This document shows positions 27,863 to 37,274 of a stretch of DNA of 64,000 nucleotides, one piece after another (the first letter of the stretch is position 1; every line of letters begins with the position of its first letter). The translations under genes were made by a program, and so were the position numbers. A model generated the notes under the pieces. That model did no database searches, was not told the origin of the DNA, and saw nothing but the letters and a program-made list of their open reading frames with translations. The DNA is from a virus: positions 23,684 to 87,683 of IMG/VR virus record IMGVR_UViG_3300037258_000145. One strand, given 5' to 3'.

Positions 27863-30800
27863 TTACTTGGTACCAGGTAATTCTTCCCGCACATCCTCAC
27901 GTGGCACGTCGTGATTTTTTGTGTTGTACTGCATCTGGCGCACCTTCTGTGGCCAGTCTGCGTCTCCGCTGCCCGGGGTCCCCACCCAGGCAGCGGAGGT
28001 GGTGTGCCCTGCCTTTTGGAGCGCTTCGGTGCGGTAGTACCCGTCAGCGATGACCATCTTCGGCCCCGCGCCCGCCACTAAGACAATGGGCTTGGGCTGC
28101 TTGCCGCCCTTGATCTCTTCCACCTTTTCCTCGACACGGGCGGGGTCGCGCCCGCCGGGGCGGTGGGCCATTTCGATGTCGTCGAGGGCGACGGCGGGCT
28201 TTAGCTGCCACTCGCAACCCTTCACCCAGTCCAGGTCGACCTTGTCGTAGTGCTTGGCCAGGTACTTGTAGACGTGGTCAGCGGCATCGTCGTCGTCGTC
28301 GGCCTTACCGTAGGCGCCGGGCTTCACCTGTCCTTCAGGCCAGGGAGCGGGCGCTTTGGTAGCGGTGTAGCCGGGAGGGAGGCGGCGGTTCAGGAGGGAT
28401 TCGAACGACTCCTCGTCGGACTTCAGCGCCGGCGCGGCCAGGGTGTGCATGATCTGAGGCAAGCTCGCCATCATTTCGGGACGTAGTGGGAGCTGAGCCA
28501 GGTGGTTGGGGTCGAACCACGCCACGGCCTCGAAGCTGTCGCCGTCGGGATTGTTCACCTCGCGCCATTCGCCCTGGTTGACATCCACGCTCGCCTCATG
28601 GGCTGTCTCGACCACGAAGCCCTGATAGATGCCGCTCGTCCAGGAGCCGAGCCACTTGGCGTCTGCCGGTAGGAAGGTCCCTACCTCTTCGCCCCATTCC
28701 CTCGCCGCGCCTTGCTCGGGTGATTCGCCCGCCTCAAGATGTCCCCCTGGCAATTCCCACATGCCGGCGCAGGGGTCAGAGGGGTCGTTGGCCCGCTGGA
28801 GCAGTAGGACTCGCCCGGAGTCGAAGGCACGGAGCAAAGCGCCAGCACAGGTGACCTGAGGCGTGGCTGTGGTCATCGCTGGGCCTTCGGAATCGGGGCC
28901 CTGTGCCTTGGCGGCGTTGGCTTCGTCGAGGCGTTGCTGGCCCCACTGCTTGGGGTGCTTGGCTGGCTTCTTGCCGCACTGGAGGCAGCGCACTCCTGAG
29001 CCGACGTAGGCATGGCGTTGGGTGCGCTCGGCGACGTTGTTCGGTGCTACCTGGCCCGGTTCGGGGCCTGAGAGGTCGAAGGGGACAAAGCCAGTGTCCA
29101 GGGGTGCTCCGACGCTGATGTCCTTGGGAGTCGCGCGCGTGCGACTTTTGCTCATCCATGCGGGATCGGTGCCCTGCGTGGTCTGGCGGGCGATCGAGGG
29201 GCTTTGGGTCTGAGCTAGGACCGAGTCGCCCTGCTCATAACTGAGCGAGCAGGCGCAGGCGGGCCCTCCGAGGCACAGGGTATCTTGGCCGTAGTCCCCG
29301 TCTCCAGGGAATCCGGGCAGATCAGCGGGGCTAAACGTCTGGCCGTCGAGAGCCAGGCAGTTCTCACAATTTTCGGCGTCACCGAGGGTCCAGCGGATCA
29401 CACTGTTGGTGCCATCGGCATCCGGCGCCGCGGCGATGTAGCCCTGCTCGTACGGCGCCGTGAGCCCATCGGCGTAAGATTGGACCCTGGTAGCGGTCGA
29501 CTGCGCCCCGCTCGGTGCGTTGACCGCGCCTGCGACAACTCCACCGACTACGTCGAGAGCTAGGTCCTTCAGGTACGGCATCATGCTCATGGCCCGGGTT
29601 TGAGCTAGGGCGGGGGCACTCTCGGGACTGGGTGGGCTGGCAGCGTCCCCCCAGTCACCAGCCCCGCTACCGGCACCAGCGGTATATGCGTCCTGGTATG
29701 CCTGAGCCAGGATGGGGATGGCGGCCGGCGCGAACTGGGCGGGCTTTAGCTTGTGATCGGTGAGCTTGTGCACCAGGGCGGTCAGACCGGCCATCAGGGA
29801 GGCTCTGGGCTTGGCCAGAGCGGTCTCCCGGTGGTCTAGCCGTCTCTGGGCCTTAGCGGCCTTCAGGGCGGCCGTGGCGGGGTCCTGCTCGCCTTTGGCG
29901 GCCTTCAGGGCGGCAGGGCGCAGTGCTCGGGGCTCGAAGCTCTCCAGCGACTTGCCGCGGGCCAGATAGCGGCGCAGGGCGCGCAGTTCGTTTGCCTTCT
30001 CTTTTTGGCTGGCCGATTCGTGCGGCTCGGCATCTCCCGCCGCCGTCAGGCCTTGGTCGGCGGTGCTCTTGTCGGGTTCAGGAGCATTGCCGTTGGCGGG
30101 CGGTTTGGGTAGAGCAGGAGGCTTGTTGCCGGGCTTAGGCGGCGCTGGCGGCTTGCTAGCGCCGCCCTCAGGTGGCAAGGGTCGGGAGTTGGCGTCGATC
30201 GGGGCCGGACCTGAGCCGGGCGGAGGGGGCGGAGTTTGGCCCATGGGGATAACGCCGGTCGGGAGGAATTGGAGCGGCACCATCGACCAAGGCTCGTTGT
30301 AGGTCTTCAGGTCCAACGCGATGCACGCTTCGTCGATCGAGGTGAGAGACGCCTTGACGAGTGCAACTTGGTCGGTGATGCGGTCCGACAAGGTCTCGCC
30401 CTGGTCCATGACTCCCCAGGACCACGCCATGTCCGTCTGGCCGAACTTGCCCCGGATCAGGGGATCGAACAGGCCCGTTTTCAGCTTCTTGGCCAGGGGG
30501 ATGGCACTGCGGCGCGTCGTCTGGTCGGCGGCTTGGGTGGCGGCGTTCTTGGAGGCCGCCGGGCTCATCATCGAAGAGAGCTTGGGGGTGATGCCGAGGT
30601 CGCTGATCGACAAGCCGAACGGCATGGCGATGAGTGAGGTAAACCACGTGTCGATGTCGTCGGAGAGGTCGGCCGGCTTTTGGGGACTGACTTTTGCTCC
30701 AGGCGGTGTGACAATGACTTGATGCATGTTGGCGAGGTCGCCACCGAGTTGGTTGATCGCCTGCATGAGCTGGCGGGCTTCCTCGGGCGTAGCGATCGAC

Positions 30801-31858
30801 TCGCCGGGGTCCATGAAAACCGCCGGCAGCGACCCGTTTCGGAACCACTCACTTTGCCAAGTCTGACGGGCCAGCATCAGCGATATGGCCATGATGCCCT
30901 GTTCTGTTGGCCCCATGCCGTAAGGCGTCCAAGTCCTCGGGTTGGACTTGAAGTAGATCATCTCCGACCCGATCCACTCCTCACCCGTGGTGGTCAATTG
31001 GTCTAGCAAGGGGTTTAGCGCCTTGTAATCCTCGATCGTGGCGTCAGGACCGAGGTTGATGATGTCCATGAGGTCGACGCGGGGCACGCCCCAAAGCACC
31101 TGTTGATAGGCCACGGCTGGCTGCTTGGGTCGGGTCCCCCACTCGTCCATCAGGGGCTTTATCAAACTGGCATCTTGTAGGCACAGAGCACCCACGCTTG
31201 AGCCAGCCGGACCGTTCCCCTTCCCACCCGCTGGCTGGAGATAGATGGCCACAGCATCCAGTACAAGATTGTCTTCGAAGAGGGCATTGAGCCAGAGATC
31301 GCCTGAGTCGTACTGGTCAGGGTCAGGGTTCGCAAAGAACTCCATCAGCTCGCCCTTGCGACTCTCCCAGTCGGCTTTCTTGGAGGGATTTCCCTGCATC
31401 CCTGCTTGAGCGGCGGGCGTCGGGACTATGTCGTAGTCGGCGACGATAAGGTCCGCTTTTCTTATTTCTATGCACGTCCGACCAATAGCGGGTATTTCGG
31501 CTAAATCGCGCAGCTGAGCGAAGTTTGCGAGCTTAATTCCTTCGGTGCCGGGCTGGCCGATCGGCAAATTCCAACCGACCATCGGCTGAAGTCGCCTCGG
31601 GCGGGGCCGTCCGTTCGGCTCCTCCGGTATGTCGATGGGCACCGGCAGGATCGGTGACAGCGGGGAGAAGTCGCCGCTCGTGAACGTCTGCATGGGGCGC
31701 GGCAGCCCCAGCAATCCCTCGTATGCCTGACTGGCCCAGCCCGCGGCCTGGCCTGGCAGTTGGTACATGTTCGCCCGAGGACTATTGGGCTGGATGCCGT
31801 TGGCCCCGACGTCACCAGGACGAGCAGAATTGATAACGGCCCTAGCCAAGGGGTTCAC
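27863..31858 (-). CDS. Portal protein fused to MuF-like, Nudix hydrolase and ParB-like domains
   Basis: Portal-like N-terminal ~540 aa (PRTWTPYGMGP); Pro-rich linker; MuF-like CENC...GPACAC; Nudix box GGHLEAGESPEQGAAREWGEEVG; ParB-like KPIVLV...IADGYYRTEA. Confidence 0.8.
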   Translation of the reverse strand: MNPLARAVINSARPGDVGANGIQPNSPRANMYQLPGQAAGWASQAYEGLLGLPRPMQTFTSGDFSPLSPILPVPIDIPEEPNGRPRPRRLQPMVGWNLPIGQPGTEGIKLANFAQLRDLAEIPAIGRTCIEIRKADLIVADYDIVPTPAAQAGMQGNPSKKADWESRKGELMEFFANPDPDQYDSGDLWLNALFEDNLVLDAVAIYLQPAGGKGNGPAGSSVGALCLQDASLIKPLMDEWGTRPKQPAVAYQQVLWGVPRVDLMDIINLGPDATIEDYKALNPLLDQLTTTGEEWIGSEMIYFKSNPRTWTPYGMGPTEQGIMAISLMLARQTWQSEWFRNGSLPAVFMDPGESIATPEEARQLMQAINQLGGDLANMHQVIVTPPGAKVSPQKPADLSDDIDTWFTSLIAMPFGLSISDLGITPKLSSMMSPAASKNAATQAADQTTRRSAIPLAKKLKTGLFDPLIRGKFGQTDMAWSWGVMDQGETLSDRITDQVALVKASLTSIDEACIALDLKTYNEPWSMVPLQFLPTGVIPMGQTPPPPPGSGPAPIDANSRPLPPEGGASKPPAPPKPGNKPPALPKPPANGNAPEPDKSTADQGLTAAGDAEPHESASQKEKANELRALRRYLARGKSLESFEPRALRPAALKAAKGEQDPATAALKAAKAQRRLDHRETALAKPRASLMAGLTALVHKLTDHKLKPAQFAPAAIPILAQAYQDAYTAGAGSGAGDWGDAASPPSPESAPALAQTRAMSMMPYLKDLALDVVGGVVAGAVNAPSGAQSTATRVQSYADGLTAPYEQGYIAAAPDADGTNSVIRWTLGDAENCENCLALDGQTFSPADLPGFPGDGDYGQDTLCLGGPACACSLSYEQGDSVLAQTQSPSIARQTTQGTDPAWMSKSRTRATPKDISVGAPLDTGFVPFDLSGPEPGQVAPNNVAERTQRHAYVGSGVRCLQCGKKPAKHPKQWGQQRLDEANAAKAQGPDSEGPAMTTATPQVTCAGALLRAFDSGRVLLLQRANDPSDPCAGMWELPGGHLEAGESPEQGAAREWGEEVGTFLPADAKWLGSWTSGIYQGFVVETAHEASVDVNQGEWREVNNPDGDSFEAVAWFDPNHLAQLPLRPEMMASLPQIMHTLAAPALKSDEESFESLLNRRLPPGYTATKAPAPWPEGQVKPGAYGKADDDDDAADHVYKYLAKHYDKVDLDWVKGCEWQLKPAVALDDIEMAHRPGGRDPARVEEKVEEIKGGKQPKPIVLVAGAGPKMVIADGYYRTEALQKAGHTTSAAWVGTPGSGDADWPQKVRQMQYNTKNHDVPREDVREELPGTK

Positions 31859-31897
31859 GAGCCGAGCTTTCGTGTCGAGGTGGAGTTCAGATGTCCC

Positions 31898-31924
31898 CAA
31901 TACGCGCGGTCACCGCGCGCATTC
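31898..31924. repeat. Dispersed palindrome copy 4
   Basis: CAATA-CGCGCGGTCACCGCGCG-CATTC upstream of the portal gene. Confidence 0.9.
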
Positions 31925-32039
31925 GTCTCCGTCAGTACCGGCAATTGTGCGTTGCGTGGGCGAGGAGGACCGCATTGCCATCTTCGCCATCGTAGCCCGA
32001 CCTATCATGGCTCAGCAGTGACCAGCGCCGGGGAGGCAT

Positions 32040-32390
32040 CTGCATAGGTTCTTGGCAACGGCAACGACCTCGTCTCCTCCCCTGTCCTATTGGGGTCTCG
32101 TCGTTGTCACCAGTGTGCTGGCCGCCGGGATCATCGCTCTACTGGTGTGGGTCATCCGCTGGTCAAGGAAGTCCGGAGCGCGTGATGACGCCCTCGACGA
32201 ACTGGTGGCGCTGCGCGGCGACCTGAAAGAACTGCTCCGCTTGGCCAACGGCAACACCAGCGTCTACCCCCCGGTACCGGGATGGAGCCGCACGATCAAT
32301 GTCACATCCCAAGAGACTCAGTGGCTCTCCGAGCATGTCGATCTGAGTGACGCCGACCGACGCAACTTCCAAGCCCTCAGGAGGGTATGA
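32040..32390 (+). CDS. Single-TM holin-like membrane protein; probable CTG start
   Basis: GGGAGGCAT-CTG in frame with the 32052 ORF; TM helix followed by a coiled region. Confidence 0.55.
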   Translation: MHRFLATATTSSPPLSYWGLVVVTSVLAAGIIALLVWVIRWSRKSGARDDALDELVALRGDLKELLRLANGNTSVYPPVPGWSRTINVTSQETQWLSEHVDLSDADRRNFQALRRV

Positions 32391-32840
32391 ATGACCCCAG
32401 GCCGGTTTCTCACTCTGATGGGTACCGTGATCGTCTTTTTGACCCTCACCTGTGGCGGCATGGTTTACTTCACTTACGAGGGCAACCATCACTCCATCGC
32501 TGCGGCTCTGAGCGCGACCAAGGCTGCACGAAGCGCAGCGGCAGACGCGAAACAAACAGCCGCCGAGGAAAACACGCTGAAGGGGATCGTGAACACCAAC
32601 CACGCCGCCAGCGTCAAGGAAGCCATCCAGGAAAAGGCCGCTACGGGTGAACTCAAAGTAATTGTCGGGGAGGTTGAACAGACCATCTCGGTCTACGTCA
32701 CCAACACCCTGACACGTCTGCTGACCAACGGGAAGACAACCTCGGCCAAGCTCGGGGCGAAGGAGTTAGCCGTCGTCTGCGCCCTGGCCAGGGCCCTTGA
32801 CATCTCAGCCCAAGCGATCGTGCTGAACTGTCCTAGCTAG
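32391..32840 (+). CDS. Membrane-anchored coiled-coil protein (possible lysis accessory)
   Basis: N-terminal TM, Ala-rich helix, two C-terminal Cys; directly follows the previous gene. Confidence 0.55.
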   Translation: MTPGRFLTLMGTVIVFLTLTCGGMVYFTYEGNHHSIAAALSATKAARSAAADAKQTAAEENTLKGIVNTNHAASVKEAIQEKAATGELKVIVGEVEQTISVYVTNTLTRLLTNGKTTSAKLGAKELAVVCALARALDISAQAIVLNCPS

Positions 32841-33619
32841 CGTCTCCGGGCGCTGTTGCGCCAGCACAGCCGACATGAACCTGCTGGTTGACCGTGAGCG
32901 GGACAGGTGCGCTGTGGGCGTCGAGCTGGCTTGGACGTTTCGGTCTCAGGACGCACCATCGAGCCCTCTTGCCATACCCACACGCCGTTACAGGCCGGTT
33001 CGGGATCGTCGGTAATAAGAACCGCTGCGCCCATGTAGCCCCCTTCCAGCGCCCCGCTGAGAGTCCCGTTAACCATCTCAACTCGGGCAAGCGGAATCCC
33101 TCCGACGCCAATAAGCGTAAAGGTGCGACGGAACTCCTCAACGTCGGCCTCTGACGCCAAGGTCTCATCGTCCTCGGGTGAACTCGGCCGGTGGACTTCC
33201 CACATGCCTTCGCCCTGCTGCTCACCAACCACAAAGGTCTCACCGACGATCATCACCGGACTGCCGAGGTGCAGCCGATCCGCCCAGGGCTCGGAGGCTC
33301 TGATGGAGACCGGATCTGTACTGCCCAACTGGTACAACGGATAGACGCCCTCAGTCGTCGTGGCCCGCTGTCGGCGCAACCACTCCGCCGCTGCTGTCAT
33401 GTCATCGGGATTCAGGATCACTCCTGAGGGCTCCAGGTAGGTTCCGTCCTCACGGGTCACAGCCGGGTTCATCAGGTCCTCGTAATAGCCTGAAACTACC
33501 TGCGACTCGCCATCTTCGTCCCAATGCACCACCATGGCGCTGTCCCATGAGAATGGATCGGGTTCGTTGATCCACTCCGTGTCTTCCAACCACTTGTCAA
33601 GCTCCGGACGATCAGGCAT
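32837..33619 (-). CDS. Acidic hypothetical protein
   Basis: MPDRPELDKW... coupled to the upstream ORF. Confidence 0.5.
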   Translation of the reverse strand: MPDRPELDKWLEDTEWINEPDPFSWDSAMVVHWDEDGESQVVSGYYEDLMNPAVTREDGTYLEPSGVILNPDDMTAAAEWLRRQRATTTEGVYPLYQLGSTDPVSIRASEPWADRLHLGSPVMIVGETFVVGEQQGEGMWEVHRPSSPEDDETLASEADVEEFRRTFTLIGVGGIPLARVEMVNGTLSGALEGGYMGAAVLITDDPEPACNGVWVWQEGSMVRPETETSKPARRPQRTCPAHGQPAGSCRLCWRNSARRR

Positions 33620-33983
33620 GGCCGTTGAGCGCCGCCAGTTCGGCCAACTCCCGCTCGACGCCCGACACCTGCGGTAAGGAGACGACCGGAGCGCTGGTCT
33701 GGCCGTGGCGAGGCTCATGGGGTAGCGGGGACAGGTGAGGCTCAGGGAGACGCTTGCCGTCGAGGAAGAACCGGGCTCGTGCTGCTCGGCGTGCGTCGCG
33801 GTGCTCGGCCTTGGCGATCGTCACGGCGAGGTCGTAGGACGCCTTGGCCTCGTCCTGGTCGGTCTCGTACTGGCGCTTGGCTGCTTGCCTGGCTGCTTGC
33901 AGAGCGGAGTCGGCTTGGGCCAGCTCAACGTCATACCGACCGTTGAGCGTGGCCATGCCGCTTGAGTAGGTTGCGGTGGTCAT
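33612..33983 (-). CDS. Coiled-coil hypothetical protein, leaderless
   Basis: MTT start preceded by GCTAAGGT. Confidence 0.55.
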   Translation of the reverse strand: MTTATYSSGMATLNGRYDVELAQADSALQAARQAAKRQYETDQDEAKASYDLAVTIAKAEHRDARRAARARFFLDGKRLPEPHLSPLPHEPRHGQTSAPVVSLPQVSGVERELAELAALNGHA

Positions 33984-34268
33984 GTAAGCAACCTTAGCGC
34001 ATTTGCGACGGGGTCAGGAGGGCGAAAGTAGTTCGCCCGCAGGGTGCCAGACCGAATCCGGACCGGTGTACCCACCAGATGGCGGGGCGACCTTGCCGGC
34101 AGCGTGCGCTTCGGCCCAGACAGCATCGGCATGGATAGCGGCGTCGGCGATCTCTTGGTCCGTGGCGTCAGGGGAAGCGACAAATTGCGTTTGCGGCGAG
34201 CCGAACGGAGCGGCTTGGCCAGGAGATAGGAATTGGGGAATGGCAGGTTCAATGGTCATGCCGTCAGC

Positions 34269-36125
34269 CTAACGCCCTGGAAAACCGGACGGGGGCTGTC
34301 CTTGCGCTTTGCGTTCTTCGTCGGTCGGAGGTGCGTACACGCTGGCCCATCCACCTGTTGAGCGAGGTTTGGGCTTGGGTACCAGGACGGGAGGCGCGCC
34401 GTAGACCTGCATCTCTTCGGCCTTGGCCTTCAGTGATTCGGTCAGGTCTTCGCACTCGGCGGCGAGCTTGCCGCAACTGCACCGACCGGCGCCTAGGAGG
34501 TAGGCATCCTGGTAGTGCTGAGGCTTTTCGCCGCGCTCCTCGGCTGCTACGCCGGCGTAGAAGTCAGCCCAACTCATGCCGCCCGCGGCCGCCCAATATG
34601 CTTGAACCACCGCGTCGCCATCATCAGGTGACCGGCCGAGTCGTTTCTTGATGTCGTCCTTGGACTCTATCTGGATCCGGGCTCCGCTGATCTCTCGTTT
34701 GCGAGCTGCCACCAAATCGCCGGTCAGGCGATCGTCGGGGGGTAGAGCCATGTCAAGCTCAGCCGAGGGATCCAACATCTCGCGCAACGACCACCATGCA
34801 GCGGCCCGGACATTGAGCGCCGAAATTTCCCCAGTCGCATCACGCCATTTGGTTGCGCCGCTGCCGTGGAATGCCACGCAGGGCTTACCGATCACCCGGA
34901 GATGGTCGTAGACGCCCGAACCGATGCCATCGGCGTCTACGACCGCCTTGGGGTCGCCGTGGGCTTCCTGGATGGCAGCTACCTTGTCAGCCAGAATCTC
35001 GAGGTTGTCCGTATAGGCGTCTCGGCGCAACTCGATGATCGCATTACCCTGTCTCAGGGCGAAGACGCTCTTATCACCGCCGGCCCGGGCGACGTCGACA
35101 CCGATCACGTGGAGGACTTCGCTGTGACCGAGCACGCGCGCCGTACCAAGAGCAGGGTCGATCTTCGCTCCGTTGCCGCCCAGACGTGAGCCGTAAAGCT
35201 CCAACCAACGGGCATTGGCTGCTTCCACCCATGACAGCGGGATCACCCCGTCGGCGTCGACGGATGCGAACTCGCCGAGGGCCCGGTTCTTGAATAGGGC
35301 GCTGTCCTCGCCCCACAACCGTCCAACCTGATCGACCCATTCCTGAGTAACCCGGCCAGCGGCGATAGCGTCCGACAGGGTGACCTGACGCGTCCACCAG
35401 TTCTCAGTACCGGGCTTGTGGCTCTGGATGTCGTAGAACCGGCCCACGGGCTCGCCAGGGGTTGAGACGGCCAGGGCGTAGGCGTTAGTTCCCGACTTCT
35501 TGCCACCGGTCGAAAAAGCGCCCTCGGCCGAGTCAAAGAAGGCGTCGGGGATACTGCGGGCCTCGTCGAACACGTACAGCAACTCATCGGCGTGGGCGCC
35601 TTCCAGCGCGCTCGGGTCACCGACGGCCATGGCAAAGGCCAGACCGGTGCGAAGTTGGATCGACAGCTTGAGCAGTTCGGCATTCATCTTGAACGGCTCC
35701 CGGCCCACCTTGTCCCAACGCACCCGGCGCGTCCACTTGTGGATCTCAGGCCACAGGTAGTGGATCAACTGGCCCCATACGCTGGCCGTCGTCGGTACTT
35801 TCCAGTCCGCTCCGATGGCGTCGCGGGTCACCGAGAACCACAGGATCGTCAAAGCCGCGATCGTGCTCTTGCCTGAACCATGCAACGAGCGCACACACAC
35901 CCTTCGCTCGTCGGCCAGATGCCCGAGAATGTCCTCCTGGTACGGAGCTAGACCGCCACCCTCAGGCCAGGAAATGCAGTCGTGACACCAACCCACGGGA
36001 TCATTGAGGTAACGCTCTTGCTTGGCTCTCTCGGCGCTTCGGATGCGGCCCGCCGCGGCTAGAGCGCGCTTGCGAAGCTCGGGAGGTAGGACGGTTAGGT
36101 CTAGCGGGACAGCCTTAGTGGGCAG
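34269..36125 (-). CDS. terL: Terminase large subunit; probable CTG start
   Basis: Walker A SLHGSGKST, Walker B LLYVFDEA, nuclease IGVDVARAGGDKS and RSPDDGDA. Frame extends 43 codons upstream (PELRKRALAAAGRIR...RYLNDPVGW) to CAT-CTG. Confidence 0.9.
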   Translation of the reverse strand: MPTKAVPLDLTVLPPELRKRALAAAGRIRSAERAKQERYLNDPVGWCHDCISWPEGGGLAPYQEDILGHLADERRVCVRSLHGSGKSTIAALTILWFSVTRDAIGADWKVPTTASVWGQLIHYLWPEIHKWTRRVRWDKVGREPFKMNAELLKLSIQLRTGLAFAMAVGDPSALEGAHADELLYVFDEARSIPDAFFDSAEGAFSTGGKKSGTNAYALAVSTPGEPVGRFYDIQSHKPGTENWWTRQVTLSDAIAAGRVTQEWVDQVGRLWGEDSALFKNRALGEFASVDADGVIPLSWVEAANARWLELYGSRLGGNGAKIDPALGTARVLGHSEVLHVIGVDVARAGGDKSVFALRQGNAIIELRRDAYTDNLEILADKVAAIQEAHGDPKAVVDADGIGSGVYDHLRVIGKPCVAFHGSGATKWRDATGEISALNVRAAAWWSLREMLDPSAELDMALPPDDRLTGDLVAARKREISGARIQIESKDDIKKRLGRSPDDGDAVVQAYWAAAGGMSWADFYAGVAAEERGEKPQHYQDAYLLGAGRCSCGKLAAECEDLTESLKAKAEEMQVYGAPPVLVPKPKPRSTGGWASVYAPPTDEERKAQGQPPSGFPGR

Positions 36126-36342
36126 ATGGTTTCCGGTGCTGAGCAGCGTTGATGCAGGTTGCGAAGTGGCTCAGGAACCTACGGCCCGGAGGATCGGACG
36201 CCGTGGCCACATGGACGTTCTCGCCGTCAGGATGTAGGACCAGGTTCCCGTTTAGGGCGGGTTGGGAGTCGATCGGCATGGACTTACCGGTGGAGGTCTT
36301 CACCCATCTGACGGGGGCTGAGCATGACTTGCAGACGCTCAC
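36115..36342 (-). CDS. Zn-ribbon phage protein
   Basis: CKSCSAPVRWVKT...SHFATC. Confidence 0.65.
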   Translation of the reverse strand: MSVCKSCSAPVRWVKTSTGKSMPIDSQPALNGNLVLHPDGENVHVATASDPPGRRFLSHFATCINAAQHRKPSAH

Positions 36343-37274
36343 AGGAAGGCCTCAGACGGCTCGACGTCGATGGACGAGTCCTCGGTAACGTCATCGAACA
36401 GCGAGGGCACCGATGCGGCCAGTTCGGCCTTGCGCAGGTTCTCGCACGCTGTCTGCCAGTACGAGGGCTTCAGTTCGATCCCCGTGAAGCGTCGACCCCA
36501 CTCGATGGCCACGTAGCCCTCGGAGCCGATGCCGGCGAAGGGCGACAGGACCAGTTCGTCAGGGTTGCTCCACAGCCTCACACAGCGCTCGATGAGCGGG
36601 AGTTGGAGCGGGCAGATGTGGCGCTCGTCGGCGTCGTCCGCTCCGGAACCGGGATTGAGCGTGGCCATCTCGGCGATGTCGTACCAGATCGGTGACGCCC
36701 ATTTGATCCACGTTTCGTTATCGATGTCGGGCTTGATCGGGACCTCGTTGTCACCCGGCTTGTGGAAGATAAGGACGTAATCGGCCATGGCTGGCCGTGA
36801 CAGGGCCGAGTCCCGATGCAACTGTACGAACATGAGCCCTTGCGCTTTGGTGCGCACCGCCTGGAGCTGGGGGTTCTTGTCGACCGTTACCTCGCCGTAG
36901 TAAATCCATCCCGCGTCAAGATGCGCTTGGATGACTCGGCCTCGGAAGTCCTGGAGCCCGACGTAGCCCTCCCTCGACTTCAAGATGGCGATCTGCTGGA
37001 CGTGGACGGCGCAGGTGCGACCCGGCTTCATCACCCGTAGTAGCTCGTCAATGACGAAGGCGTAATGCTCGATGAACTGGTCCGTGCTCGTCGAGTTACC
37101 CAGGTCACGATCACTCGGGCTGTACGTGTACAGCGAGGCGAAAGGCGGGCTGTAGACGCACAGGTCGATGGAGTTATCCTCCAGCTCGGCGAGGCGCTCG
37201 ACGCTATCGCCTAGTCGTAGATGCCAGCATTCGCCGTGGGCGTCGTCCGTCACGTATGGCTGAGGGTCGCTCAT
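36339..37274 (-). CDS. N4-cytosine/N6-adenine DNA methyltransferase (beta class)
   Basis: VYSPPF catalytic motif; HICPLQL...VLSPFAGIGSEG SAM-binding motif. Confidence 0.88.
   Translation of the reverse strand: MSDPQPYVTDDAHGECWHLRLGDSVERLAELEDNSIDLCVYSPPFASLYTYSPSDRDLGNSTSTDQFIEHYAFVIDELLRVMKPGRTCAVHVQQIAILKSREGYVGLQDFRGRVIQAHLDAGWIYYGEVTVDKNPQLQAVRTKAQGLMFVQLHRDSALSRPAMADYVLIFHKPGDNEVPIKPDIDNETWIKWASPIWYDIAEMATLNPGSGADDADERHICPLQLPLIERCVRLWSNPDELVLSPFAGIGSEGYVAIEWGRRFTGIELKPSYWQTACENLRKAELAASVPSLFDDVTEDSSIDVEPSEAFL

Noticed and set aside
31903-31990. Invertible TGA/TCA switch in palindrome copy 4 extending the portal frame upstream
   Set aside because: Flipping the central base would remove an in-frame TGA, but no recombinase is visible and the upstream peptide is not portal-like.
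35915-35925. GGGCATCTG inside TerL
   Set aside because: Internal coding sequence (ILGHLAD); likely chance.
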